Below, piece by piece: positions 14,572 to 30,768 of a stretch of 64,000 bases of DNA (position 1 is its first letter; the number at the start of each line of letters is the position of its first letter). The notes under the pieces are model-generated. The model was given only the letters and a program-made list of their open reading frames with translations, made no database searches and was not told the DNA's origin. The position numbers and the translations under genes were made by a program. The stretch is from Tricharina praecox (Eukaryota): assembly GCF_024521635.1 (NCBI RefSeq), contig NW_026250417.1:496001-560000 (forward strand). Reading direction: 5' to 3'.

Positions 14572-15978
14572 TGCGTGGTGGAGTTCAGGACGACAGGTGA
14601 ATGAGAATGTCGAACCCGGATGGGAGGGAGGATTGAGGAGGAGAACGAAGGAGTGGTGATGGGAGGAGAGAGCCGTTCCAAAAGAGCGGAAGGCGTTGAT
14701 TTAAAAAGGAGAAAGCCCTACTAACGTAACCTCTACAAAGTTGCGCGCTCTGTCTGGCAGGGTTAGGCAGCGAGCGAGATAAGTGCCCTGCCAAGCCTCT
14801 GCAGATGTCCACCGATGTCTGCGCGTAGAATAGCCAAACCCCGGCAAAAAAAAGTGCTTGGCCAACCATCCGAACATACGACACAAACGAATAGGCAAGC
14901 CGCTATGCCGCAGGAGAATCGTCACGACACCACCACCAGAGGTCGGGTCATATATCGTGCCATCGGCTGTGGGTGCGCCCGAACGACCTTCCTGGTACTC
15001 TGGAACCATTGAGTTAGCATTCTTATGTGCCTGCACAGTCCACACCGGTAACACACCGGGCTCATACGTGTAGCAAGGAGAAGTCTTGTGTAAAAAGTTG
15101 CGAGTTGCCTAGTGGAGTGGCCGACCGGCAAGAGCACATCCGGACATGTGCACACTCACGCCGCCCCGGCCCCCGAGCATGCGGACTTGGCGCCTCTTAT
15201 ACCTAGTATGTAGATTCAAGCGTATTCGTATCCGAGTCCTTGTATTGGTAGGTATTCGAACTCCGACATTCGTGCTCCAAGCATCGCCACTTTGAGAAAC
15301 CAAATCAAAAACCCCCAATAAGCCATCGTCGTAAATAAACGGATTTAGGGGAACATATCACCAAAAGCTGAAACGGAGAAGTTATCGACTGCCTACTCTG
15401 GGATGGGAAGCGATTACCATTGGCATGTGGACTGGCAGTGATGACCTGTTTACCGGATCCGTCACAATTGGGCATCGAGTGTTCCCACCCGCTTACACAC
15501 AATAAAGTATGTACCTGCATTGGAGATCAGGCAGACCATCGACCCATCGCGAATCTCCGTTGCGGTTACGAAGTGAAACAACGAGCTACTTCAGTTCGTG
15601 TGGTAGAGTAGATACAGTAGATACAGACACCAGACATCCTACGCCAGCGGCCAGCAAGTAATAAAGAAGCACCAAAAATGACAGACATATGCACACAGAA
15701 TCTGGGTAAATATACCACAATCCCATCACCGATAGAAGAAGTTACAAAAAGCCTACCACCCAATCCCCCCCTACCCTTTCCCTCACCTCGTCTTTATGCG
15801 TGAAAAAAAGAGACAGAACAGAATGTATTTATCGCCGTAAATTATGCTCAAAATCCAAACGGATGGGAGTTCGAAAACCAGTGCAGTACCATCACCCCAA
15901 TCCAATTGCTCATCCATCGCAGAAAAGAAACTATCCAGAGCCAACAGAAATCGGCTTTTTTGAGACCAACCTGAAGGT

Positions 15979-18247
<2,269 letters not shown>

Positions 18248-20505
18248 CACAAGTGTCACGTCTATATCGACGACGTATCAGGGGCTGAGTTTCGGTGAGT
18301 GATGACGAGTCAGCAACCCTCGGATGGAGAGTCCGGTGATTTATCGAGTTGCCTACGGGCTCGAGAAGGTGGAGTGATTAAGTACACGAGACAATATTGA
18401 TCACAAGTGCGGTGGTGGTGGTGGGTGGTGGGTGGTGGGAGGTAACTGATAGTATGGAAGTTGCGCGAGCGCGTGGAGGAAGTGTCGAGGTGAGATCCGA
18501 GCGTGTTAAGGCTCGGTTGGACTCGAGACGAGGGAGGAGGGAGGAGAGCAGGGAAGAGGGGGGGTATCCAGGAACGGGAGGTGAAGCGAAACACAGTAGA
18601 GATGGCTTACTCAAGCGGCGGGAATGGGATGATATATGGTGGGGATATTAATGCGGAATGTTCTTGGGCTTAATCGGTTTGAAGTCGTGAGAGTCAGTTC
18701 AGGTCAGACGGGGTCGTCGAGGATGCTAGAGGATGGCTGAAGCCCGTTTTGAATGCAGAATGCAACGCGACATGATAACCAGGTACCGGGGGGTACAAAC
18801 GAACAAACGGACTCGGAAAGAAACATAGATGCTCCGCCACAAGATCCTGAGATGGGCGAAACAAACAGGCTGAGTTTAACTAGATGCTACGCTAAATGTG
18901 TGGGAAGAGCTGCAGCTGTCTGTTGTGCTGAAGAAGTGCGCGAGTCGCGACACGCGTAGAATGGAGGCTATCGATAGCATGGCTGATGTCAGTGGCTCAG
19001 CTGGCTCGCGTCTTCAATCTAATCTAATCTGCAAGAGAAACCGTAGAGTGTTAGTACTATTAAGGGCTTACTTCTTGGTTACCGGTATCAGGCGGCAGCT
19101 TAGGTGGCTATGTGTGCGCAAGTGAGTGCCTTTATGACCACTGACCAGACGTCGTCGGAGGAGCTGAAAAAGAAGCTCTCTAAAAACTTTTATGGAAGTG
19201 CTCCGTACGTTATTCGGAGGTTCTCTCGAGTAGGTAGACGTCTTTTTGTTAATCGCATGCAGCTTATACTAGATATATATACTCTAGTATGATATTAGGA
19301 GACTGCCGGTATGGCCGCTGGCGAGGTATCTACACAAAATGACACATCCACCGGATCCTGACCACAGTCCCGGTGACGGGCTCGGTGCAGTACCCTGCTT
19401 CCCTCGGCCTTCCACCTAGCCACGAAGCAGTATGATTTCCCCGAAAGCTCTATACTATATCTTGAGCTAAGCCATATGGCTAGGCATCATGACGAGATCA
19501 ACTGTCCAACGGTAACTGTAGAGTGAGATTCAATGACTGGCTTTCATTGATCTCACCAATCAAGCCAAGTCCGCCCATAAACTTGCAATAACTTTAACGA
19601 CCGTATGCAAAGTCTTTGCAAGTGTGGCCTTCTACCTAGGGATGATTCTCCGAGCGATTAAGTTAAAGGAAGGGTGATCTATTGTACCCCACGACGTTGA
19701 AAGAATCACGAGTACATAGGTGCCCGGGAAGTCCAACTACATGGAAAAGTCTTCTTTGAAATGATGGTGCCAACACTGGACTTTCGGTAGTTGGGTCGGG
19801 ATCGAACAACTCTGGTGGTAGTCACTTACAAGGATGACTGTAAGCTGGAATTGAAGGAGAGAGAGATGGCTTATGGGTGGTGGTGGTTGTGGAGTCAAAC
19901 TGACTGCCGGTAACTAAAGTAGAATATTGCGGTTAAGAGAAGACGCATCTATCGCGGTCGAATATAGGTGGTGTTCTTGCCGAGAAAGAGGCCGGGCGTC
20001 GAATCGTGTTGGAACGTGAAGAGGGATGAGCATGTGCGGGGTGTCAAGTACATATGGCGGGACGTCACACATAGAAACATCTCCCGACGATTCGTTCTTG
20101 GTGGAGATCGTGCCAAGTCCAAACTAGTCCGGAACCATATGCAGCCGTAAGTGTCCCGACACGGTCAACGCTAACCATCGGGGGAGCTGTCTCTCCTTGC
20201 TGCCTTCCGACCTTTTTTTGATGCTGATTATCGATCGACTCATACACCCACCCTCGTTCAGCTAACCTGTACGCTCTCTCTCGTCACAACCAAGCTATAC
20301 AGCTTTCTTGTTCTTATTCTTTCTTGTTTTCTTCTTATTCGTCGGCTTCTTCGCGGCTACAACCTCGTGATTCAGTGTCCTCCGAGATACATACACTTTC
20401 CTGCTTACCCGTCGAGTCTCGTTCACCAACCAAATCCTCCTTTTCCATCAGTGTTGCCTATAGCCACCCAGCAGCTCCCGATTAGCCCTACACAACCCAA
20501 CCACG

Positions 20506-23500
20506 ATGGATCGGTACAGTATTATCCTATCCGCGGCACCGCCGGTCACATGAAACATCAGGCTCATCTCCCGCGTCTCCATAGTCTGTCGCGTCGACTC
20601 CGCGGCAGTGCCTTACAGCGCCTTGCCCTACTCTCTGCCCACGAATCTACGTACGACAATGGCGCCCCCGAAGCTTCCAGCTTCGAGCGTCTCGCCAGCG
20701 AGTGTACCCTGCGACGGGACGCTCCTACCAACGGAACGGCGAACGGATATGCGAAAAAGCCCGCAGAGACATCGCAGATTCCGATGGTACTACGCTCCGA
20801 ATACCCTCTCCAATCACCCCTCGGGGACGCTAACTCTGTCAGTCGGTTCGGGAACTCGAGGTTCTTCTTGCCTTGTGCAAGGCTGCCCCTGCGCTACAGG
20901 CACCCCAAAATGCGGATAAGCTATTGCGACAGCTTTCGCCGTACATGATCGAGTCGTCCAGCCAGCAGTTTGTCCCTTCGCCGTTCCTACGCGATGCTGA
21001 ACCCTCACCGTGGGAGTGTCTCACTTCGAGCGTGGTTACTGCGGTGCTTTCGATTGGCCTCAACTTTCCTCAACTTCGACCGAGGGTCGCCGACACGGTG
21101 ATGAAATACGCCCGGCAAGTACTGGCATTTTGCGAGTCAATGGACGAAGAAGATGATGTGACGGATATTGCTTGCCTGGTAGCCTCTCTTATTGGTTTCT
21201 TGGAATCCTGTTCCAAAGTCGCCAATTTCTGGACACCCATCGAACGCGCGGGTTTAGTTGAGCACGTGCAGCAAATCCTTTCGGATGGGTTCCTCATGGA
21301 CGTAGATGCAGCCTTCGACAGGATCCGTAGCTCGCAAGGGAAGGAAACGGGCCAGTGGAAGCACTATGTCCAGCATTATGACTCAATAGGGCGCCCCATT
21401 GGAGCCATGCTGCTACAAAATGGGTTCATGAAGCTGCTGATCGCCAGCACTTCCCTTCTCGTTGCAAATTCTGCCGCGTTTTATGACGGCGATACTCTAG
21501 ATGTCATCATGGACGGCCATGGTGTCATTACTTCGCTCACCTCGGAGGACTTTGGTACTGTCGAGTTGTTATCGGACCTTGCGGCGGCGGGGGTCATAAT
21601 GGTGGACGAGAGCACTACAGACCCTGAGATAATCACGCTGGCAGGACAGCAACTGGCATACACAACTAAAGCTCATGCGCTTTCAGCGTACTGCAACAGT
21701 GTTGTCCTCAGCAGTTCGGCAGATCCAAATGCCCTGCTTAAGTGGCTGCAGTCTACAATCGCTGATCCGATTCAGATGTCGAACTTGGCCCTCGCCAACG
21801 CAGTTTTGAAGACTCTGGCGATTCTTTCTAAGGACGATATCAATTCCAGCAATGGTTTCATAAGCATCATGCACAGGTTCATCGTCGAAGGCACCCCCAG
21901 CCGTGAGGTTGTAAAAGTAGCTGCCAAATGTCTTTCTTACATTCTGCATCATTCTTCTCAAGATGCCACTATCACTACCTTGAACACGATGGGCCACGTA
22001 TTGTCATCCGTGAATCCGGAACGTGCATTGAAGGCAGAGACGCTGCAACCGTTTGAGCAACAAGCCATGGGTAGCACGCTGTCACTTGTTTCCAACTCGG
22101 AGGAATTCCGATACAACATCTACTGCAATGTCATTGAGAACATAGTAGGAGTTTCCAGCAACTGCAAGGACTCGAAGGTTGGATGCAGCTTGTTGTCATT
22201 GATTAAAATTCGGCCCGCTGATGTGGCTGAAACAGATGATCTCGCTCGCCAACAGTATTCTTCTGCAAAGGCTCGGAAAAGTCACCAGTGCAGTCAGCGC
22301 GAGGATTTTGGCAGGACTTGTTTCGCTGGTCCCAATATCGTCTCGTGCAGATTATAAATCGATCTTTGAAGCTCTTGTGAAATCGAGCACGGATGCAGTT
22401 TATAGTGATGATCATATCCTTCTGGATGCTGTCAGTGTCAACGAACCCCGCTGAGTTGAATGCTCAATTAACTTTATATCATAGGCACTCGAGGCGCGGT
22501 GCTTATTGGCTGAATCCATCACAGTGGAGTCCCAACTGTATGAGCCGCTCCTTACGGATATCCTCCAGGCCGTTGCAGTAATCGGAGATGAGCGGGAAAA
22601 GGATGTAGAGAAGAAGCGGGATGATCGTATGGTAGGTGATCAGACGGCCGTTGGCACGAGAGATGCTGAGAAATCTGGGAAACAGCTGGCTGTGCGCGAA
22701 ATCGAGCAGTACATACGCCCTCTTGCGATCCTCCTTGGACACAATAAGACGGATGTGAACTTCGCTCTTCGATCCGGGCTTACGTCTCTTCTGAGAGACT
22801 TCTGGCTCAACTGCGTTATCCATGGCATTACCTACGGCACCGAGACTGCAAACAAATATGGAGAGAGCTTCAAGACTATCGCGAAATACACTCCCCCTCT
22901 CATCGACGGTGTGGTTGAGGATCAGAGCTTTGATGCTAATCTAGACGTGCACTCGCTCTTCAAAAGAGACATGTCATCTCAGAATGTTATTGAGCACAAG
23001 CGCAGACTCCTCAGCGTGCTTCCGGCTGAGGATCTTCATATTAGGACTCTGACGTACCCAAGGACCATCTTCCTTGAGGCCGCGTATTCTTTGGAATGCA
23101 TGAGAGCCGAGGGTGGAGGATGTTCCAAGGTGCTGGCATACTTTGTCGAGCCCGCCTTCAAGACCGGTGATGCGTCGGTTGTGATGGCAGCTATCGCCGG
23201 CAAGGTCACCGACATATACATCACCCGCATCCTCACCGGATCTTACCCCGATTTCTGCGCTTCGAGTGTGGCCGACCAGCTTGCGGACGTGTTCGTAGGA
23301 TGCTGTCACAGACTCGAGAAGGTGCAGGCGACGGCAACCCTCATGGCGGACCGAATCATTGCGGCCGCTCCCTCGGCACTCTGCAGGAGAGCTTCGTTGT
23401 TTGCACTCCTTGAGCTTCTCGGCCTACTGTGGGCCAGTTGCCTGAAGGAGGAAACCGATGAGTACGCAACTCGAGCAATCTTCGCTTCGAAGCGGGGCAG

Positions 23501-26500
23501 AGTAGCAATCGAAATGCCTGATTCGTACAAATTCCGGAAGCAAACGATGAGGAACTTCCTTACGCGTGCGAAAGCATGGGTTCTGAAGATTCTGAACATT
23601 GCGCCTCTTGACTTGAAGGGACTCTTCCAGACATATCTCTCCGAGTTTGAGGACGAGGGAAGTCTAGGCCACGTGTCCCTAGGGCGGTCTTTTGCGTTGG
23701 AAATGGGTGGCACTCTTCCTAATACTGACCGGAGACTTGGTATGTTCACTAGCTAATGGTGGTTGGGCCGAAGATTCGCTAACTGTACATTCTGCAGCTT
23801 CGATTGACTTTGTTGGTGAATTTGGTGCCAACGTCGCGTCCGATTTCATCAAGCAATACACCGTACGTCAGATCTACCGGAAGGGTGAGCCTGGTACGGA
23901 TAATGCCCGTCGCCCACTCAAGTTTGCACCGCTAGGCCATCAGGGCCTATTGTCTTCTCCCAGCTCGGATTCTCTTGAACGGCTCATTGCCCAGATGGAA
24001 GGCAAGGATTATACAGTCGGCCGCGTGCCTACGGCAGATGTTCGGGACATGTTGCGGAAGGCTGCGACGTTAATCTGCTCTTCGGATCGGGACCAAGGGA
24101 CGCTCATCCGCCATCTGGTTGGTCTGCCTTTTGCCGTCTTTACCTCGAGCGCCATTAAGGTCGGATTGCTCTTGTGGACTGGTGTGATTGGAGAAAAGCC
24201 GGAACTGTCGTCAAGAATGCTGGTCGAGATTGCCAGAAACTTTGAAATGACTGTGGAGAGGAAGATTGGATTGTTTGCTGAGGATTTTGCCATAGACGAT
24301 GCTTTTGATGTCAAGATGGAGTATGCTCCTTCGAACAAGGAAGAGCACAATCTTGAACAGCAGACGGCCATCGACTTGTTGTCGCCGCATCTTCGACTGA
24401 TCCAGCTTCTCTCCAGTCATTACCATGCCAACCGCCATGAGAATCCACACATCCAGAAGATTTTCTTGCGACTAGTCAGGATTACGCTTCGAGGTCTTAA
24501 GACAGCCACTGGACATCCGTTGGCCAGAGAAGCTAGATTCCAGCTCGTGCTGCTTGCCCTGCAAGTGCTACGCTACAGCACTGGACTCACCGAGCGCCAG
24601 CAAACCAGCCTGAAGGATCTCATCATTTCTGGAGCACTTTCGTGGTTCAAATTTCCTCCTCAGTGGTCGTTTGGCGGCAACAAATTGCAGGTGAAGTCTG
24701 AAGCTCATCTGCTGCAAGATGTCGCCAATTTCCTGAACGGAATCTCGACAATCGGCGCGCAGTCCAGGACTCTGCGAGTACGTCAGGACCTCCTGATGAT
24801 GCTTTTGGAGAACGAACAGTACAGGTTAGCCACTTGGCTTTACCCGCTCGAACACTCTCGCCGGCATCACTTGCTTCCTAGTTATGCGGCCAGACCGACT
24901 GGCGACAATTCGATCTCCGCTATCCTTCCGGCAGCCTGGGAGGAGGATCCGGCCATTGCGGTTCAGCTCAGCCAGCGTTTCCCATCTGAGAGGCTCAAGG
25001 GAGAGGTCAGAAGCTTGATCATGAATTTCCCAGAACAGGTTATGCACATACCCCGAGCTGCTCAGATCATGCTGGGAAACAAGTTATCTGGAGATATCAC
25101 GTTCCAACTGCGCTATCTTCTCTACTGGGCTCCCATCACTCCGATCACTGCTTCCACCTATTTCTTGCCGTCCTATTCTAATGACCCGTTCATCTTGCAG
25201 TACGCAATGAGGTCCCTAGAGAGTCATTCGGTGGATGTTACTTTCTTCTACGTTCCGCAGATCGTGCAGACTCTGAGATACGACTTCCTTGGATACGTCG
25301 AGAGATTCATACTCGAAACAGCGAAGTTCTCGCAGCTATTTGCCCATCAGATCATTTGGAACATGAAGGCCAACGCGTTTAAGGATGAGGAATCTACGAT
25401 CCCGGATCCTGTGAAGCCGACTTTGGACCACGTTATGGCGAAGTTGATCGAGAGCTTCTCAGATACGGATAGGAGCTTCTACGAACGTGAGTTCGACTTC
25501 TTCGGAGAAGTCACGGCGATCTCAGGCAAACTTAGGCCTTACATTCGTAAGACCAAGCCGGAGAAGAACGAGAAGATTGCCGAGGAACTGGCAAAAATCC
25601 AGGTCGACGTTGGTGTTTACCTACCCAGTAACCCGGACAGTGTGGTCATCGATATCGATAGGAAGAGCGGAAAATCACTGCAATCGCATGCAAAGGCTCC
25701 CTTCATGGCCACATTCAAGATCAGGAGAAAGGCTCCGGGCAACATCGACGAGCACGAAGCCCTAGATCGCCACGGCCGCCGTCACGAGTCGACGTCGACC
25801 GTTACCAAGGAGATGATGCAAGCGGCCATCTTCAAAGTCGGTGATGACTGTCGGCAGGACATGCTGGCCCTTCAGCTCATCGCTGCTTTCCGCAGCATCT
25901 TCAATTCGGTTGGACTGGACGTGTTCGTTTTCCCGTACCGTGTCACGGCTACCGCGCCGGGGTGCGGTGTCATCGATGTCTTACCCAAGTCGATCTCCAG
26001 AGATATGCTCGGTCGTGATTACGACATGGGTCTGTACGATTACTTCATCAACAAGTATGGTGGCGAGGACTCAATCCGGTTCCAGGAGGCGAGAACTTGT
26101 TTCGTTAAGAGCATGGCGGCGTATTCGGTCATCTCGTACCTGTTGAAGTTCAAAGATCGTCACAACGGAAACATCATGCTTGATGATGCCGGACATATCA
26201 TCCACATTGGTAAGCTGCCTGCCTAGCCATTGGCTCACTTACACATGCTAATGCATGGATGAAATAGACTTCGGTTTCTGCTTCGACATCGCTCCCGGTG
26301 GCATTACATTTGAGCGTGCGCCCTTCAAGCTCACCGCAGAGATGATCAGCGTCATGGGCGGCAGCGTCGACGCGCAGCCATACCTCTGGTTCGAGGAGCT
26401 ATGCATCAAGTCGTTCCTAGTCTGCAGACAACATGTGGATAAGTTGACGGATTGTGTGACTCTGATGCTGGACAGCGGGTATGTTTATCTTTATCCTTCC

Positions 26501-26712
26501 TCCCCCTCACGCGGCAGTGGACTGACAGATAGCTTAGTCTTCCCTGCTTCAAGCCCGAGACAATCCAGAACTTTAAGGACCGGTTCGTCCTCGACAAGAC
26601 GGATCGCGAAGCGGCGGATTATATGAGATACCTGGTCAAGAAGAGTTACAGCTCTTACTCGACGGGACAGTATGATCGCTTCCAGCACTTGACCAACGGA
26701 ATTCCGTACTAG
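20506..26712 (+). CDS. stt4: Phosphatidylinositol 4-kinase type III alpha
   Basis: Eight-exon model from MDR|LSRRLRGSALQRLA to HLTNGIPY*. PIK helical region (FFYVPQIVQTLRYD) and catalytic motifs LQSHAKAPF, FKVGDDCRQD, KDRHNGN, HI|DFG. Confidence 0.97.
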
Positions 26713-29095
26713 GCGGATACCTACCTCCTTCGACTCTTTGTTTTCAATACCCACTTTAACTCCTTTTGATATTTTTCTTTTTCTTTTTTTGGATAGATAG
26801 ATTGCGTTTTTAACTTTTCATTGTGTTCTCGAGTTACCTGCTCTATAGATATCCTTTCTTTAACCTCTTTCCTTTTCTCTGTATGTTCGTAATCATAGTT
26901 GCTTTCAGGTACCTATCACGTTCATATGCAATGCTTGATCGCCCGTTTGTATGGGCTGTGAACTTGTGTGGCGAGACCACTGCAAAACGGCGGGCAACTG
27001 TACATCTGTGATGGCAAGGGGATATATTCCTACAGTAGTGCTTGCGGTGTCAAACTCGTGATCGTGATCGTGATGGTGAGTGAGTGGCATCATGGCAATA
27101 TACAGAAGCAATTTCCTCGTCCACTGTCCACTGTCCAGACCTGACTGGAGTCTGGCGGGCCGTTGTGGCTCCCCTGGCCTTTCCTGAGGATGTGTAGATA
27201 TAAGCCTAGCGCACCAAGGAAACATGGAAAGAAAGACTGGACGGGCAGAGCTGGGAGCCTGGGAATCGCCAGTACTCACCAGCCCTCGGCCCCTCGGCGT
27301 ATAACTTACAAGTGGACGAAGATCGGACTCGGACAGGAGACGGTGACTCGGACTTTGGAGTTTAGACTAGACCGGATGGGACTGGAGGGGATGGGATGGC
27401 AAAGGGATGGCAAGGGAAGATGGGGAACGAGGTTGAATGTCTAAATGTCTAAATGTCTATGTATGTAAATGATATACAGTCGCTGGGTTCAAAAGGATAT
27501 CCCTCCTCTGCTCGAGTCGCCATGTTACCTACCTCATACCAAGTAGAGTATGGTTGCCGTCGTCTGAGACTCTTGGGTGTTTCCGGCGGGTACAAAGCGC
27601 AGTGCAGTGTAACCCTTTCCTCGACTTTAGCGAGCGAGCGAGCGAGCGGCCCCAGGGCCCAGGGCGTCTCGGCGCTCCGTCGTTGGTTGTTCGCACGTCT
27701 CTCTGTCCCACCGCCCGGCCGTGGACTTCATCTCCATCTGAACGTGCACACAGCACAGCCGCCCGGCCCCGGCTGGATCCACTCGCTCTCGTGCTCGTTC
27801 TTGGACTTTCTCTTTCTTTCTCTCCATTTCCACACTCCAATCCCAACGTGTCAGGTACACATGAGGTTATGTATCCCGCTATGTACCAGTACTAACGATT
27901 TCACAAGTGCGGGCGCGTAGAGACACAAGCTGGGCGTTGTCCTTCTTCTTCTCCTTCTTGTTCGTTATTTTTTTTTGTTTTTTTTTGTTTTTTTTGGCAT
28001 GGCATGGTATGGTACGTATGGTAGGACTGGTCTGGGACATGTGAAGGAAGCAAGCGAGTTGGGTGCTTGGGTACTTGGGTGCGTGCATTCGTCCCCGCGC
28101 GCGAAAAGAGTGGCTCAAGAGGCTGAGCGGAGGCAAAGGCAAGACCTCTCGAGAAGACTCCTGGCCTGGCCCGAGGAGCGTTGCGTGGACCTCCTGCTGC
28201 GGTGTGCGATGTGCCGTTCGCGATCTCCCGAGGAGGCAGCGCACATAGGTATGTGACGTGTATGAGGCTGGGAATTGTCGGGTTTTGGAGGGCGGCGGAG
28301 GGAGGGCGTCGTTACTTATTTATTGGATGCCAGATGTGGGTAGGGGGCGTTTTGCAATGCAATGGGAATTTTAAAGAGAGTCGAGACGGACATCCTTGGT
28401 GGGATTTTGCCGCCGTGATACGATACACGAAATGGATGGGTGGTGGATGGATGGATCATGGATGGGTGGATGGGAACTGGAACTGGAACTGCAACTGGGT
28501 GGCCCTGGTTGATATCATATCTTAACTGCCCCTCTGAGCTGCCCCGCCTGTCTGGCATCTGCTCCCCACCCCCCCATCCTCCCCCACTGCACATTGCTCA
28601 TTGCACAACCGCTCCTGCCCCCCCATTGCCCCCCCTCTTATCCCCTTTCGCGCGCCATCTCAGGCACCATATACTCAACCCTCATCTTCATCATCGTCGT
28701 CGTCACGGCGTAGGCACATCTTCTGCTCTTCTGCTGCTCCCCTCATCACACACTTCTCATCCCACCCCCACAACCGTGTCTCCTCTTTGTGCGTTGCGTT
28801 GCGCTGCTTCCTCCCATCATCATCACCATCCCATCTCCGCCCGCACACGCTTGGACGGTCCGAGATCATCCCCTCCTTGCCTCGTACGTAGCGCCGGCAA
28901 GCACAACTCCAGCATCATCAGCAGCAGCAGTGACCGCGGCGGTGGTAGCAGTTACACACAGACCGTCCGTCCTCGTGCTCCTGAAAAGATCTCCACGTAT
29001 AGTTACCAGCGCCACGAACTGAACTGAGACCTCAAAACCCGTCCACCGGTGCGCGCGCCCATCCATCGTAATCACCCCCTCCGCCTCCGTCCAAC

Positions 29096-30737
29096 ATGCC
29101 CGCTGGTAACGGAAGACCCGGCTCGTCCGACAGCGACGATGGCTACTTTGCACTCCCCCCAAAATCTACTTCTCCCCCCACCACCCGCGGTACCCCCGAT
29201 CCCCTCCTCCGTAAAACCAGACGCATGAGCACCTTCAGCGAACATTCGGTAGCTTCGAATTCGGCGACTACAGCACCGCGACCGTCTTCAGCTGCGTCTT
29301 CGTCTTCGCGTAATAATCGTCGGCAGCCTGCACCTCCGCCCACGAACAACTATTACACTGCAGCATCACAGCAGCAGCAACAGCAGCAGGAGCAGCAATA
29401 CCAACCCCAACAGCAGCAGGGTCTCCCTTTCAACGATAGATCCGCGGAGGAGAGAATGCAACACCATCGGGAGCAGCTGCAGCAGTATGAGCAGCATCAC
29501 GAGCAGGAGCTGCAGCAGTACGACCAACACCTGCCATATGGGGGGCGTCCTGCTTTGGGGCAGCAGCATCCAGCGTATGAAGAACACCCTGCTTTGGGAC
29601 AGCACCCGGCGTATGAGGGGCACATGGCCTTGGAACAGCAGCATCCGGCTTTCGACCAACATCCGGCATTCGGAGCACCCCGAGCACCCTCGGAAGCGGG
29701 CTCCGTCGGCCGCAATGACACACCAACCTCCTACCGAAGCCGCGAGGTGGGACGGACCGGCAGACTCAGGGCCGACAGCGGTCGATCCCACCACTCCCAA
29801 TCGCCGCCGCAGAACCAGCATCCACACCGCCCTCCTACGGAGGAACCTCCCGTGAACCCGTTCCCACAATTCCATCAGCAGTACTGGCCTCCGAGTCGCA
29901 TGACGTCAACGTCGACAACAGCAGGACGTCGAGGTTCTCCGCCACCTCCCGAGACCCCTGCAACGGCAGCAAGTGAAGCACCGCCGTTCCGGCTCGGCGA
30001 AGCACCCCACCAGCCACTACCAGGCGCTGCTGGCCGGAGACGTCAACCGCCGACGCAAATCAATGTGGCTCCGTCGCCAATCAGTGCGACTGCCACTGCA
30101 GTCCCCGGCTCCCAACCGGTACCTGCTCCACGCCCGTGGACTCCGACCGAGCAGCCCGGTTCGTACCCCCATGGTCCACCGACGGTCTGGCATGGAACCG
30201 GAGGTCAGAATAGCGAAGAGAATCTGCAGGAGCAAGAGGATAGACCGGACAGTCGATCTAGCCGAACGAGCCGAACGAGCCGGCCAGACCCGCCTAGCCA
30301 ACCCAGTATCCCCAGCCTGCCCAGTTTACCGGCCCACACAACGCAAAGCCGATACTATCAAGTACGGCCGCAGGAGAATGGTGATGCTCTCGGCCATAAC
30401 AGAGTTTACAGCGTCCACGAACATGCGCCGGAGGTGCTCGAAAGTGATTTCCATCGTATGGCTTTGAACGCAAGTCCTCCGCCTTCGTATGCTAGCCTGA
30501 GTCCTGGCGCGGGTCGGAATGGCATTCAGCAGTCCGGAGCAGCGGGCCAGGAATATCCGGATGAGAAGCGGACAGTCGTGGTTGGAGCTGCAGCTCCGCC
30601 AGCGTCTTCGCACCCCGCATTCCAGCACGATCCAAATCACACAAGTCCGGTAAACGATAGGCAGGGACAGAATTCGCAACCTCAGCAGCAGCAACCCCAA
30701 CAGCAACCCCAACAGCAACCCCTACAGCAACCCCAAC

Positions 30738-30768
<31 letters not shown>

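Noticed and set aside
26800..28600. Many overlapping 60-190 aa ORFs in low-complexity intergenic DNA (also 49000-51100, 53200-54800, 62000-64000)
   Set aside because: Driven by microsatellites and G/C skew, with no motifs or consistent splice structure.
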